A stretch of DNA of 64,000 nucleotides from Candidatus Woesearchaeota archaeon (GTDB taxonomy: Archaea > Nanobdellota > Nanobdellia > Pacearchaeales > GW2011-AR1). The position numbers and the translations under genes were made by a program. Positions within the stretch are counted from its first letter, which is position 1. Each line of letters begins with the position of its first letter. Below, in pieces: positions 18,733 through 28,582 of this stretch. Under the pieces are notes generated by a model, which was given only the letters and a program-made list of their open reading frames with translations, was not told the origin of the DNA and searched no databases. The DNA lies in contig CAZTFL010000001.1 in NCBI GenBank assembly GCA_964612895.1, forward strand, positions 177,469 through 241,468, in the 5' to 3' direction.

Positions 18733-20214
18733 CTAATTTTCAGAAGGTCTCATTAATGGAAATATTACCGTTTCTCTTATTGGTTTATTAATTAAAAAAG
18801 AAAATAATCTCTCAGAAACACCAAAACCACAAGCCGGAGGCATTCCGTATTTTAACGCTTCAACAAAACTATAATCATGTTCTTGAGCTTCAGAATCTCC
18901 AGCATCTTTTAATTCTCTTTGTCTTTTGAATCTCTCTTCTTGATCTAAAGGATCGTTTAATTCAGAATATCCATTTCCTACTTCAGAACCAGCTATTATT
19001 ACTTGAAATTGTTCAACTTTTTTTGAATCTTCTCTAGATCTTTTAGCTAATGGAGCCAATTCTACAGGCTGACCAACTAAAAATCCAGGACCAGCTATTT
19101 GTTTTCTACAATATTTCCATAAAATGTCAATTAATCTCCACTTGTCTACATTTGGATCAAATTCCATTTTGAGTTCATTTAACTTCTTTTCAATATCTTC
19201 TTTTGTAGAATTATAAATATCAATACCAGCCTTATTTTTTATTAATTGTTCATAATCATAAATATCCCATTTTTTATTAAAGTCAATCTCATAACCTCTA
19301 CAATTAAATTTGTGACATCCAAAAACATTTTTTACAATCTCTTTATATAATTCTTCAACTAATTTCATTCCGTCTTTATAATCGGCATAAGCCCAGTAAA
19401 ATTCTAGTTGAGAATAATCCTGTAAGTGTTCAGCATCCATTCCTTCATTTCTAAATTGTCTTCCAATTTCAAATGTTTTTTCATATCCAGCAACCAATAG
19501 TTTTTTTTGCCAAAGTTCACCCATTGAAATTCTTAAATAAACATCTAAATCTAAAGCATTATGATGAGTTTTAAAAGGAGTTGCTGCTGCTCCACCGGCT
19601 GTATTTTCTAAAACAGGAGTTTCAACTTCTAAAAATCCTTTACTTAGTAAGAAATTTCTTATTGTACTCCAAAACTTTTGTTTTTTAATAAAAATATCTT
19701 TTACGTCTTCATTCATAATAATATCTAGATATCTTTTTCTTAATCTATCTTCTTCATCTTTTAATCCATGAACTTTATCAGGTAAAGGTAAAATAGCTTT
19801 AGTCAACAAAGATAATTCTTTTACTAGAATAGAAATTTCACCCGTTTTTGTTTTCATAGGATTTCCTTTTATTCCAACAATATCTCCAATTCCAACATAA
19901 TTATTAAAAAAATCTATTAAATCATCTGAAACATGTCCTGATTGAAAAACTATCTGTATTGTTCCCTTTAAATCTTGAACTTTAGCAAAAGATAATTTTC
20001 CAAAACTTCTTACAAACATAATTCTACCAGCGATAAGGCATTCTTCATTTGAAATTTCTTCCTTACTTAAATTGGAAAATTTTTCATTAATATATAAACT
20101 AAAAACCTTCTCATTATGCCTCTCAAGTTTGTAAGAATATGGATTTATTCCCTTATTTTTTAATTCTTCTATCTTTCTTATTCTTTCACTTACTATATCA
20201 TCTTCTCTAGACAT
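18733..20214 (-). CDS. lysS: Lysyl-tRNA synthetase, class II
   Basis: OB-fold N-terminus; class II motifs FEIGRQFRNEGMD, GGAAATPF; 493 aa. Confidence 0.85.
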   Translation of the reverse strand: MSREDDIVSERIRKIEELKNKGINPYSYKLERHNEKVFSLYINEKFSNLSKEEISNEECLIAGRIMFVRSFGKLSFAKVQDLKGTIQIVFQSGHVSDDLIDFFNNYVGIGDIVGIKGNPMKTKTGEISILVKELSLLTKAILPLPDKVHGLKDEEDRLRKRYLDIIMNEDVKDIFIKKQKFWSTIRNFLLSKGFLEVETPVLENTAGGAAATPFKTHHNALDLDVYLRISMGELWQKKLLVAGYEKTFEIGRQFRNEGMDAEHLQDYSQLEFYWAYADYKDGMKLVEELYKEIVKNVFGCHKFNCRGYEIDFNKKWDIYDYEQLIKNKAGIDIYNSTKEDIEKKLNELKMEFDPNVDKWRLIDILWKYCRKQIAGPGFLVGQPVELAPLAKRSREDSKKVEQFQVIIAGSEVGNGYSELNDPLDQEERFKRQRELKDAGDSEAQEHDYSFVEALKYGMPPACGFGVSERLFSFLINKPIRETVIFPLMRPSEN

Positions 20215-20238
20215 CTTAAAAATATGAAAACTAAGTTT

Positions 20239-20517
20239 TTAAAATTTTAGAATTTTAAATCCCTTAAATTCTCCGCTCCATTTTTTTATTTCTGTTTTAA
20301 TATTTCTCACATGAGAGTGTTTTGGGCCTATTTTTAACTCTCTTTCGAAATCTTTTATTAACAAATCATCACCTTCAACTAATATTTCTACGTTTCCATC
20401 TTGTAAATGTCTCATATATCCAACTAATTTATATTTATTAGCAGAATCTAAAATAAATTGAGAATAAAACATATCATTTACAGTTCCCTGCACATTAAAC
20501 TTTTTAGCTGACTTCAT
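20239..20517 (-). CDS. acyP: Acylphosphatase
   Basis: FNVQGTVNDMFYSQF...LVGYMRHLQDGNVEILVEGD matches the acylphosphatase fold signature (VxGxVQGVxFR...GxVxNxxDGxVE). Confidence 0.6.
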   Translation of the reverse strand: MKSAKKFNVQGTVNDMFYSQFILDSANKYKLVGYMRHLQDGNVEILVEGDDLLIKDFERELKIGPKHSHVRNIKTEIKKWSGEFKGFKILKF

Positions 20518-20558
20518 AGAATAAAATAATAGTATAAGTTTTTATATCTTTTGAAAAA

Positions 20559-21152
20559 TTATTCACTGAATTCAAAAACAACTTTATCTTTTAAAATTTT
20601 ATAACCTATTAAGTTCATATCTAAAGGAATATCTTTAACAAAACAAAATTCTTTACCGAAAATTCTTATTTCGAAACCATTTTCTAATTTTAGTATATTT
20701 ATCTGAGATTTGTCTTTTACTTCATCTATGTCTATTTCATAAATAATACTATCCGAAAATCTTTTAACATTTGATTTAGCTATTTTCCTAGGCAATTTAC
20801 TTCTTCTTTCTTTTTCTTCAGGAGATATTTTGATTTCTTCTTTACGAATTTCTTTTTGAACTTCCCTTTTTTGTGGAATTCCTGCTTGAATCTTTATATT
20901 AAATTTAGGTATTTTCCCACTATCTCCCATTTCTTTTTCTAATTGCTTCATTAATGATCCAACAATTTTATCCATTCCAAATGGAAGTTTTACTTCTTGA
21001 GAGAACAAACTGGATTCCAAATTATCATTTTTCCCTAAAAATCCATAATCTTTCTTATTTTTTATATCTTTTATTCCTGCACCGCACCAAGGACAATAGT
21101 TAAAATTTTTATCTATCTTCTTAGCACACGACGGACACTTATTTTTTATCAT
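20559..21152 (-). CDS. Zinc-ribbon protein with a K/E-rich linker and a C-terminal beta-rich domain
   Basis: CPSCAKK...CPWCGAG zinc ribbon at the N-terminus. Confidence 0.35.
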   Translation of the reverse strand: MIKNKCPSCAKKIDKNFNYCPWCGAGIKDIKNKKDYGFLGKNDNLESSLFSQEVKLPFGMDKIVGSLMKQLEKEMGDSGKIPKFNIKIQAGIPQKREVQKEIRKEEIKISPEEKERRSKLPRKIAKSNVKRFSDSIIYEIDIDEVKDKSQINILKLENGFEIRIFGKEFCFVKDIPLDMNLIGYKILKDKVVFEFSE

Positions 21153-21199
21153 ATTAGTAATTATTTTTTATTATATTTAAATGTAACTAAAAACTTATA

Positions 21200-21469
21200 T
21201 CATTTTACCCAATTAGCCTTTTCAGTTTTTATAAAATCGTCCTCGACAAGTGGAGCATTTGATAAAGTTATTTCCTTAAAAGTTTTATCTGTCTGCCAAC
21301 ATTTATCTTCTTCTCTAAGTCCATTTAAATTATTAAAACTTGAAAAATGTTTTTCATCAATATTTATATTATCTAATTTATCTGAGAAATCTTGCAATAT
21401 TTTTTTTACATTCTTATTAATTTCGTCCTTTTCTTTTTCACTTACAATATGCCATTTAAAATCTTCCAT
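21200..21469 (-). CDS. Hypothetical small protein
   Basis: ORF only. Confidence 0.3.
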   Translation of the reverse strand: MEDFKWHIVSEKEKDEINKNVKKILQDFSDKLDNINIDEKHFSSFNNLNGLREEDKCWQTDKTFKEITLSNAPLVEDDFIKTEKANWVK

Positions 21470-21650
21470 ATTAATTAATATGTTAAATATTTTATAAGTT
21501 TAACTTAATAGTAAAAAAGCACTACTATTTAATTTCTAACAACCATTTGTTAGTTAAACGGTATATAAATAAAACTTCATTAAAAAGTATATTTTGAATT
21601 TTAATATTATATATAAATGAAAAGATCGTTAGTTAATCGGAGGTGAAAAA

Positions 21651-21791
21651 ATGAAGATTTACATAGAAAAACATTATGATCCAAAAAATGATCCTTATAT
21701 GGAAGCTTCAAAGTTAGATAGTTTTTTAAAACCTATTTACAACAAAGGTCACTGGCGTAGATCGGAAAAAGGCATAGAAATAATCCTTTAA
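21651..21791 (+). CDS. Possible 46-aa small protein (not in the ORF track)
   Basis: ATG preceded by GGAGGTG at an 8-nt spacing; open 46 codons; sits upstream of the pilin genes. Confidence 0.2.
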   Translation: MKIYIEKHYDPKNDPYMEASKLDSFLKPIYNKGHWRRSEKGIEIIL

Positions 21792-21856
21792 TTTTTCACT
21801 TTTTTATTTTTTTTCTTTCAACATAATTTTATAAATAAAAGGATATTATTTCTTTA

Positions 21857-22414
21857 ATGAATAAAAGAGGACAGTTCTTTATACTTGCGTCTGTAATCGT
21901 ATCAGCATTAATTTTTAGCATAAGTATGACCGTAAATCAAGTTAATACATATAAAGAATTTAACAAAATAGAGGGATACTCGGAAATAATAGATAAAGAA
22001 ATATCTCAAGTTCAAGATTATCAAATATATAATGATATTCCTGATGAAAAAATAGAAGATTTTGTTCAAAAATTATCTAAAAATTTACAAGATCAAGATC
22101 CAAGCATGAATTTTGCTATCTTTTATGGGAATAAAGAAACTATAATTGTAAAAAATTATGGAGAAAATGGAATATCTGTTAATGAATATTTAATCTCAGG
22201 AAAAAAAGATAATTCTGGGATAATTACGCTACAAACAGGAATGTTAAAAACATCAACAGATATAGGTGGAGAAAAAATTATTATTAATCCTGGCCAAGAA
22301 ATATCAGTTATTTTTGATAATAAAAGTTATTATTTTACAATACCGGAACATAATATAGTTATATTCTTATTACAACAGGGAGATGAAGATGAACAATTTG
22401 TTACAATCAAGTAA
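21857..22414 (+). CDS. Archaeal type IV pilin-like protein
   Basis: MNKRG-QFFILASVIVSALIF: a K/R-G-Q class III signal-peptide motif like Methanococcus EppA-processed pilins. Confidence 0.5.
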   Translation: MNKRGQFFILASVIVSALIFSISMTVNQVNTYKEFNKIEGYSEIIDKEISQVQDYQIYNDIPDEKIEDFVQKLSKNLQDQDPSMNFAIFYGNKETIIVKNYGENGISVNEYLISGKKDNSGIITLQTGMLKTSTDIGGEKIIINPGQEISVIFDNKSYYFTIPEHNIVIFLLQQGDEDEQFVTIK

Positions 22415-23489
22415 GAAAAGAGCTGTAAGTAATATTGTAGCTTATGCTTTACTAATATCAATAACTATATCTCTATCGGTATTGGTTTATAGTTGGCTGA
22501 GAAATTATGTAAATCCAAATGAAACACCAGATTGTCCTGATGGAATTTCATTATATATAGAAAAATACGATTGTAATTCTGAAGATAATTTGATGTTATT
22601 AAATATAAAAAATAATGGTAGATATACTATAGATGATATTTTAGTAAGTTTAAATAATAAAAGCGGGGCAACGCAAGCAATTTTTAAAATAGATAACTCA
22701 AAATTATTTGTTTTAGATGAGTATAAAGAAGATGATTTATTACTAAAATTATCATTTAATTCAGAATTAGATCTTGCTGGAGGAATAAATAATGGTTCTA
22801 AATGGACGAAACTTGGGAAAATAGGCGGAGCAAGAAATTTTGATGGAATTGATGATTATATTAATTTACCAAAATTAAATCCTATAGAAAATCATCCTGT
22901 AAGTTTTAGTGCTTGGATAAAATGGAGCGAACAAGAATTACCTCCAACATCAGGTATTTGGGGAACAACTGGTGGAAATAGTTTAAATTCTCATTTTGAA
23001 ATTGAGTCAACTGGTATGAGGTTAAGATTAGGAGATCTTAATATAAGATATATGAATTCTCCATTAAAAGATAAGTGGATATATTTGTCTTTTGTTTATG
23101 ATGGATATAATGTAACATATTATATTAATGGTATTGAAATAAATTCTACATCTAATTTTACTGGAGAAATATTTACAGGAGAAATCCATACTCTTGGACG
23201 TTCTGACGTCGGTAGATATTTTAAAGGACTAATAGACGAAGTAAAAATATTTGGAAGAGCATTAACGCAAGAAGAAATTATCAACTTATATACAACTGGA
23301 TATACAAAGAATTTCTCATCAGTTACTGGAGCTATTAATTTATTACCATCACAATCAAAATATATAGGATTCAATTATTCTGATTTTTCTAAAATAAAAA
23401 CAATTCAAATTCAACCAATATTTTTTCAAGATAGTAATTTTGCATATTGTTCTCCTATAATTGAAAAAAATATTGATATATGTAATTAA
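22383..23489 (+). CDS. Pilin-like protein carrying a LamG/concanavalin-A-like lectin domain (putative tip adhesin)
   Basis: KKRA-VSNIVAYALLISITISL prepilin-like N-terminus; LamG signature WIYLSFVYDG...YYINGIEIN...LIDEVKIFGRALTQEEI. Confidence 0.55.
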   Translation: MKMNNLLQSSKKRAVSNIVAYALLISITISLSVLVYSWLRNYVNPNETPDCPDGISLYIEKYDCNSEDNLMLLNIKNNGRYTIDDILVSLNNKSGATQAIFKIDNSKLFVLDEYKEDDLLLKLSFNSELDLAGGINNGSKWTKLGKIGGARNFDGIDDYINLPKLNPIENHPVSFSAWIKWSEQELPPTSGIWGTTGGNSLNSHFEIESTGMRLRLGDLNIRYMNSPLKDKWIYLSFVYDGYNVTYYINGIEINSTSNFTGEIFTGEIHTLGRSDVGRYFKGLIDEVKIFGRALTQEEIINLYTTGYTKNFSSVTGAINLLPSQSKYIGFNYSDFSKIKTIQIQPIFFQDSNFAYCSPIIEKNIDICN

Positions 23490-23555
23490 ATGATAAATAT
23501 ATATAAATTTTTATAAAAGCTATCATTTTTAAAATAAAAAAAATAAATTATATAT

Positions 23556-25505
23556 ATGGAAAGAAATGAATTTAAAATAGTTTCAGAATTTGGTCCCGCT
23601 GGTTCTCAAATAAATGCTATAAAAGATTTAACGAATGGAGTTAAAAATCAAGAAAAATTTCAAACACTATTAGGAGTTACGGGTTCTGGAAAGACTTTTA
23701 CTATAGCCAATTTAATAAATAATGTTCAAAAAACAACTTTAGTTTTAGCTCATAATAAAACATTAGCAGCACAACTTTATGAAGAATTAAAATCTCTATT
23801 CCCAAATAATAGAGTAGAATATTTTGTTTCTTATTATGATTATTATCAACCAGAAAGCTATATGCCAGCTACTGATCAGTATATTGAAAAAGACTCAAGT
23901 GTAAATCCGAAATTAGACCAACTTAGATTATCAGCAACATCTTCTTTATTATCTAGAAATGATGTTATAGTAGTATCTAGCGTTTCTTGTATTTATGGAT
24001 TAGGGAAACCAGAGAATTTTGAATTATTTAGATTTAGTCTTCATGTAGGAGATAATTACGGAAGAAAAAAATTAATTAGTAATTTAATAAATTCTCAATA
24101 TGAAAGAAATGATACGGAATTATCTTCCGGAAAATTTAAAGTGAATGGCGAAATAATTGATTTTATTCCAGCTTCAGAAAATAATATTATGAGAGTAGAA
24201 TTTTTTGGTGATGAAATAGATAAGATATACCAAATTGATAAAATAACCGGAGAAAAAATCGATAGTTATGATTATTTTGCGGTATACCCTGCCAAACATT
24301 TTATGGTAAATGAAGAAGAAATTGAGAGTGCATTAAAAAGTATAGAAAATGAATTGAATCTTGTTTTACCTAGTATGGAAATGTTAGAAGCTTATAGAAT
24401 TAAACAAAGAACTTTACATGATATCGAAATGATAAAAGAAACTGGATATTGTAAGGGGATAGAAAATTATTCAAGACATTTTGATAATAGAAAAGAAGGA
24501 GATAAACCATATTGCTTACTTGATTATTTTCCAAATGATTCATTATTAATAATAGATGAAAGTCATCAAACAATTCCTCAACTTCATGGAATGTATAATG
24601 GCGATAGGGCTAGAAAGAAAAATTTAATTGATTTTGGATTTAGATTACCAAGTGCTTATGATAACCGTCCATTAAAATTTGATGAATTTGAAGAAATAAT
24701 AAAAAATAAATTTCAAACTATATTTGTTTCAGCAACACCAGGTGAATATGAAATGTTAAAGAGTGAAAAAATTATTGAACAAATTATTCGTCCAACTGGT
24801 CTTGTTGATCCTGAAGTATTCATAAAACCAATTGATAATCAAATAAAAGACATTGAAAAAGAAATACAATATGAAATAAAGAAAGGAAATAGAATTTTAA
24901 TCACAACTCTTACAAAAAAAATGTCCGAAGAATTAACAAATTACTTAATAGAGCATAAAATTAAATCAAAATATTTACATTCTGATATAGAAACTCTTCA
25001 TAGAACAGAAATAATAAGACAATTAAGATTAGGAGAATTCGATGTTTTAGTTGGAATTAATTTATTAAGGGAAGGATTAGATATTCCAGAGGTGGGTTTA
25101 GTTGGAATACTTGATGCTGACAAAGAAGGTTTTTTAAGAAATGATAAGAGTTTGATTCAAACAATTGGTAGAGCGGCGAGAAATAAAGATGCAAGAGTTA
25201 TATTATACGCAGATGTTATGACCGACTCTATAAAAAGAGCAATAGAGGAAACTAAACGTAGGAGAGAGATTCAAATTAATTACAATAAAAAAAATAATAT
25301 TATCCCTATGAGCATAATAAAACCAATAAAACAAAAAGAAATAGAAATAGATGATTCTGCTTATGTTTCAGATTCTGAAATACCAAATTTATTAATTGAA
25401 TTACAAAAAGAGATGGAAATTGCTGCCGAAAAACTTGAATTTGAAAGAGCTATATTTATAAGAGAAAAAATAAAAAAAATGGAAAAGAGATTAAAATTGT
25501 CTTAA
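23556..25505 (+). CDS. uvrB: Excinuclease ABC subunit B
   Basis: GVTGSGKTFT Walker A, helicase motifs, C-terminal UVR domain LEFERAIFIREKIKK. Confidence 0.9.
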   Translation: MERNEFKIVSEFGPAGSQINAIKDLTNGVKNQEKFQTLLGVTGSGKTFTIANLINNVQKTTLVLAHNKTLAAQLYEELKSLFPNNRVEYFVSYYDYYQPESYMPATDQYIEKDSSVNPKLDQLRLSATSSLLSRNDVIVVSSVSCIYGLGKPENFELFRFSLHVGDNYGRKKLISNLINSQYERNDTELSSGKFKVNGEIIDFIPASENNIMRVEFFGDEIDKIYQIDKITGEKIDSYDYFAVYPAKHFMVNEEEIESALKSIENELNLVLPSMEMLEAYRIKQRTLHDIEMIKETGYCKGIENYSRHFDNRKEGDKPYCLLDYFPNDSLLIIDESHQTIPQLHGMYNGDRARKKNLIDFGFRLPSAYDNRPLKFDEFEEIIKNKFQTIFVSATPGEYEMLKSEKIIEQIIRPTGLVDPEVFIKPIDNQIKDIEKEIQYEIKKGNRILITTLTKKMSEELTNYLIEHKIKSKYLHSDIETLHRTEIIRQLRLGEFDVLVGINLLREGLDIPEVGLVGILDADKEGFLRNDKSLIQTIGRAARNKDARVILYADVMTDSIKRAIEETKRRREIQINYNKKNNIIPMSIIKPIKQKEIEIDDSAYVSDSEIPNLLIELQKEMEIAAEKLEFERAIFIREKIKKMEKRLKLS

Positions 25506-25524
25506 TAAATTTTAAAAACTTGTT

Positions 25525-26229
25525 TTGTTTGTTTTCTATATGGTTTTAAAAAGAGTTGTTATAAGTTTGGGAGGTTCTAGAATTATTCCAGATGAAGTAG
25601 ATTTAAATTTTTTGATTAGTTTTAAGAAAATGATTAATAAATATAAAAATACAAAATTCGTGGTAGTTACTGGTGGTGGAACAACTGCTAGAAAATATAT
25701 AAACGCATACAAAAAATTACATAAAAATTTTGATGAACAATCAAATACTGGGATTGCTATAACAAGATTTCATGCTTTTTTTATGATGAATTTTTTCGGA
25801 AAAGAGGCCAATGAAACTCATCCATATTCGCTAAAAAAAGTTGAGAATTTATTAAATAAAAATCATATTGTTTTTTGTGGTGCTTTACGAAAAACTAAAA
25901 GACCTCAAACAACAGACGCAACTGCTGCTAGTATTGCTACTCATATTAAATGTCCATTTATTAATTTAACAAATGTTAAAGGAATATATACAGATAATCC
26001 TAAAACAAATAAAAATGCGAAATTTATTAAAAATATATCTTGGGAGAATTTTAACAACATTGCTAAAAAAATAAAATTCACATCAGGACAACATTTTGTA
26101 TTAGATCAAAGAGGTTCAGAAATTATATATAAAAATAAAATACCTACATATATAGTAGATAATTTAGAAGATATAAATAAAATTATTAGCGAAAAAACAA
26201 ATTACAAAGGAAGTTTAATTTATGGATAA
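25525..26229 (+). CDS. pyrH: UMP kinase (archaeal type). The likely start is 25540.
   Basis: VVVTGGGTTARKYI and TNVKGIYTDNPK match archaeal UMPK (IVTGGGSTARRYI / TNVDGVYEKDPR). Confidence 0.7.
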   Translation: MFVFYMVLKRVVISLGGSRIIPDEVDLNFLISFKKMINKYKNTKFVVVTGGGTTARKYINAYKKLHKNFDEQSNTGIAITRFHAFFMMNFFGKEANETHPYSLKKVENLLNKNHIVFCGALRKTKRPQTTDATAASIATHIKCPFINLTNVKGIYTDNPKTNKNAKFIKNISWENFNNIAKKIKFTSGQHFVLDQRGSEIIYKNKIPTYIVDNLEDINKIISEKTNYKGSLIYG

Positions 26230-26800
26230 AAATATTTATGATTTGAGATTAGTGAGGTCTGATGAGAGTATTTTCTTAAAAGAAATAAATAGTAAAAATG
26301 ATATTTCAAAAGAAGATAAATGTGATGGATATTTAGTTAATTGTAATGGAGATGAAAAAGAGTCTAGAAGAATTGTCGAATCTTTAAGGAATAAAGGTAA
26401 AATAATTGCTATCATGGGATATGATAATGTATATAACAGAAGAATTCTTGAAACTTTTGTAATAAATTATTTAGTTTCTCCAGAGAAATATGAGAAAAAT
26501 GATAATTTAAAACAAAAAGATTCTGGAATAAATCATGTTCTTGCGAAAATTGCAAAACAAAAGAATATTTCTATAGTTATTGATTTTAGTGATTTAAAAG
26601 AATGTAATCCTTTGGAATTGTCTACTAGATTATCTAGAATTATACAAAATATAAAAATTTGTAGAAAAACTAATACTAAAATAAACATAGCAACATTTGC
26701 AAAAAATAAAAAAGAATTTGTTAAAAAGAAAGATTTACAAGAATTTATGTTATCAATTGGAGCTTCAACAAAACAAGCAAAAGAATCTGTAGAATATTAA
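26222..26800 (+). CDS. rnp3: RNase P protein component Rpp30
   Basis: GINHVLAKIAKQKNISIVIDFSDL closely matches the Pyrococcus Rpp30 block [21 protein letters not shown]; size 192 aa. Confidence 0.65.
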   Translation: MDKNIYDLRLVRSDESIFLKEINSKNDISKEDKCDGYLVNCNGDEKESRRIVESLRNKGKIIAIMGYDNVYNRRILETFVINYLVSPEKYEKNDNLKQKDSGINHVLAKIAKQKNISIVIDFSDLKECNPLELSTRLSRIIQNIKICRKTNTKINIATFAKNKKEFVKKKDLQEFMLSIGASTKQAKESVEY

Positions 26801-26801
26801 A

Positions 26802-27446
26802 TTATTTTTTTAATGCCTTTCTTTGAGTTGTAGAGCTTAACTTATCTTGTGAGGCTGGTTTTATATTTGGAACAGATTTATCACTTTTTGCAAATTCTTG
26901 TTTTATATCTACATTTTCAGGAGCTTTTTCATTTTTATTAGTATTTTCCTCTTCTCTTTGTTCTCTTATTTTTTCTTCTTCGGCTTCTTTTGTTACAACT
27001 TTTTGAAGTGCAGACTTATCAACTTTTCCTTTTTTCCTTAAATCCTTATCCATTTTATACTTAACAATTTCTGGAATCTCTGCTAATTGTGCATATACAA
27101 CTCCATCTATCTTTTTAGCAATAACTTTAACTTTATGTAAAGGTTTCTTTATACCTCTAAACCATATTTCATTATTCAAATAAATGTCTATTTTTACTTT
27201 ATTCAAATCTCTATCTTCTACTTTCATATTTTTTGCTAAAAACTCTTTTAATACTTTGATTGCTTTTTTACCTCTTTTATACCTTGGAACTTTTAAGAAT
27301 CCTTTTCTTAATGGTACAACATATGTTCTTTCTAGTTCTATCTTTTTCTCTGATTTTTTTTTCTTTTGTAAATTTTTCTTTACATCTGAAACAGCAGATT
27401 GTGTTTTCTCTTTAATAGTTTTTTTAGTTTTATTAATTTCTTCCAT
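26802..27446 (-). CDS. rpl31e: Ribosomal protein L31e with long N- and C-terminal K/E-rich extensions
   Basis: Core ERTYVVPLRKGF...VKIDIYLNNEIWFRGIKKPLHKVKV; 214 aa versus the usual about 90. Confidence 0.75.
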   Translation of the reverse strand: MEEINKTKKTIKEKTQSAVSDVKKNLQKKKKSEKKIELERTYVVPLRKGFLKVPRYKRGKKAIKVLKEFLAKNMKVEDRDLNKVKIDIYLNNEIWFRGIKKPLHKVKVIAKKIDGVVYAQLAEIPEIVKYKMDKDLRKKGKVDKSALQKVVTKEAEEEKIREQREEENTNKNEKAPENVDIKQEFAKSDKSVPNIKPASQDKLSSTTQRKALKK

Positions 27447-27448
27447 TT

Positions 27449-27670
27449 TTATCCTAACCAGCTTTTTTTAGCTCTCCTTGGTTTTATTTTTAATTTTCTA
27501 ATTCTCCAATTTCTCTTTATATGAGTATGTTGAGAAGGGTGTACTTTTTTACCTTTTCCATATTTTTTCAGAACTGTCCAATATGGAGCCCATCTTGTTT
27601 GATTCCCAAGTTTTGCAAGATGTCTTTTCTTGCTACTTCTCATTGTTGCTTTTCTACTCGCCATCTTCAT
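27449..27670 (-). CDS. rpl39e: Ribosomal protein L39e
   Basis: Basic 73-aa protein RHLAKLGNQTRWAPYWTVLK...HTHIKRNWRIRKLKI; canonical position upstream of rpl31e. Confidence 0.7.
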   Translation of the reverse strand: MKMASRKATMRSSKKRHLAKLGNQTRWAPYWTVLKKYGKGKKVHPSQHTHIKRNWRIRKLKIKPRRAKKSWLG

Positions 27671-28163
27671 TAATCTCTTGATTTAAATTTTCATTAATAT
27701 TAACTTTTTCTTTTGCTATAAAATTTGTAAAATTAAGAGAAATTACTTCTTTTGTTTCAACACTATCTAGAAAATCTCTTCCTTTTTGTGTTAATCTTCT
27801 TCCATGTTGTAAATTTGATAATTTTTCCACTAAACCCGCTTTTTCTGCCTGTTGTAATATCATTCTTATAATTTTCCCACTTGCTTTTCTAAATTCCTCT
27901 GGCCTTCCACCTCTATTCTTTTTTGAACCATATTTTATTCTTAATGTTCCAACACCACAAACTCCTTTAATATAAAGTTGTCTTAATATACTTGCAGACC
28001 TTGTATACCAAAAATCATCTTGAACTGGAGGTCTTTGTTTCGAAGTTCCACTTTTAACGAAATTAGCCCATAAAGGAACTTCAAATTCTGGAACTCTTTT
28101 CAATAATTCAGCCAAATTTTTAATAAACTCACTTGCTTCTTTTGAATATATTTCTTTTCCCAT
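27654..28163 (-). CDS. rps19e: Ribosomal protein S19e
   Basis: PLWANFVKSGTSKQRPP...WYTRSASILRQLYIKG...GGRPEEFRKASGKIIR. Confidence 0.8.
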   Translation of the reverse strand: MGKEIYSKEASEFIKNLAELLKRVPEFEVPLWANFVKSGTSKQRPPVQDDFWYTRSASILRQLYIKGVCGVGTLRIKYGSKKNRGGRPEEFRKASGKIIRMILQQAEKAGLVEKLSNLQHGRRLTQKGRDFLDSVETKEVISLNFTNFIAKEKVNINENLNQEINEDGE

Positions 28164-28303
28164 TTTTTTGTATTTTAGGCCTTTCTTTTCGAAAGTAAAT
28201 CGTCTAAATCTATTGATTGACTTTAAACCTGTAATTTTATATTTTTTACATTTATAAAGCTTTCTAAATTAAAAAATAATTAAGTATCTTATTATAATAA
28301 TAA

Positions 28304-28582
28304 CTATATATTTTCATAAATTTTCTTACATATTTTATTTATAATAGAATTCATATAACTTAAAGATTCATTTCTAGAAACTCTTTTATCTCTATTAATA
28401 TCCATTTCTGGAAGTTTTTGAGATAAAAAAAATTCTGATTGATAAAGCGTAACATCAGCACTTGGTGAAGAGCCTTCATACTGCCATCCTATTTTCTGGC
28501 CACCATTTAATGTTTTTTCTTTATATGATAGAATCTTTATAATTAAACAAATATCCATTAACAGAACAAAGTTCTCCTTCAC
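28304..28582 (-). CDS. Small ORF (GTG start) overlapping the previous ORF; possibly the 3' part of a frameshifted gene
   Basis: Start codon is GTG at 28580-28582; an in-frame stop lies immediately upstream. Confidence 0.25.
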   Translation of the reverse strand: MKENFVLLMDICLIIKILSYKEKTLNGGQKIGWQYEGSSPSADVTLYQSEFFLSQKLPEMDINRDKRVSRNESLSYMNSIINKICKKIYENI

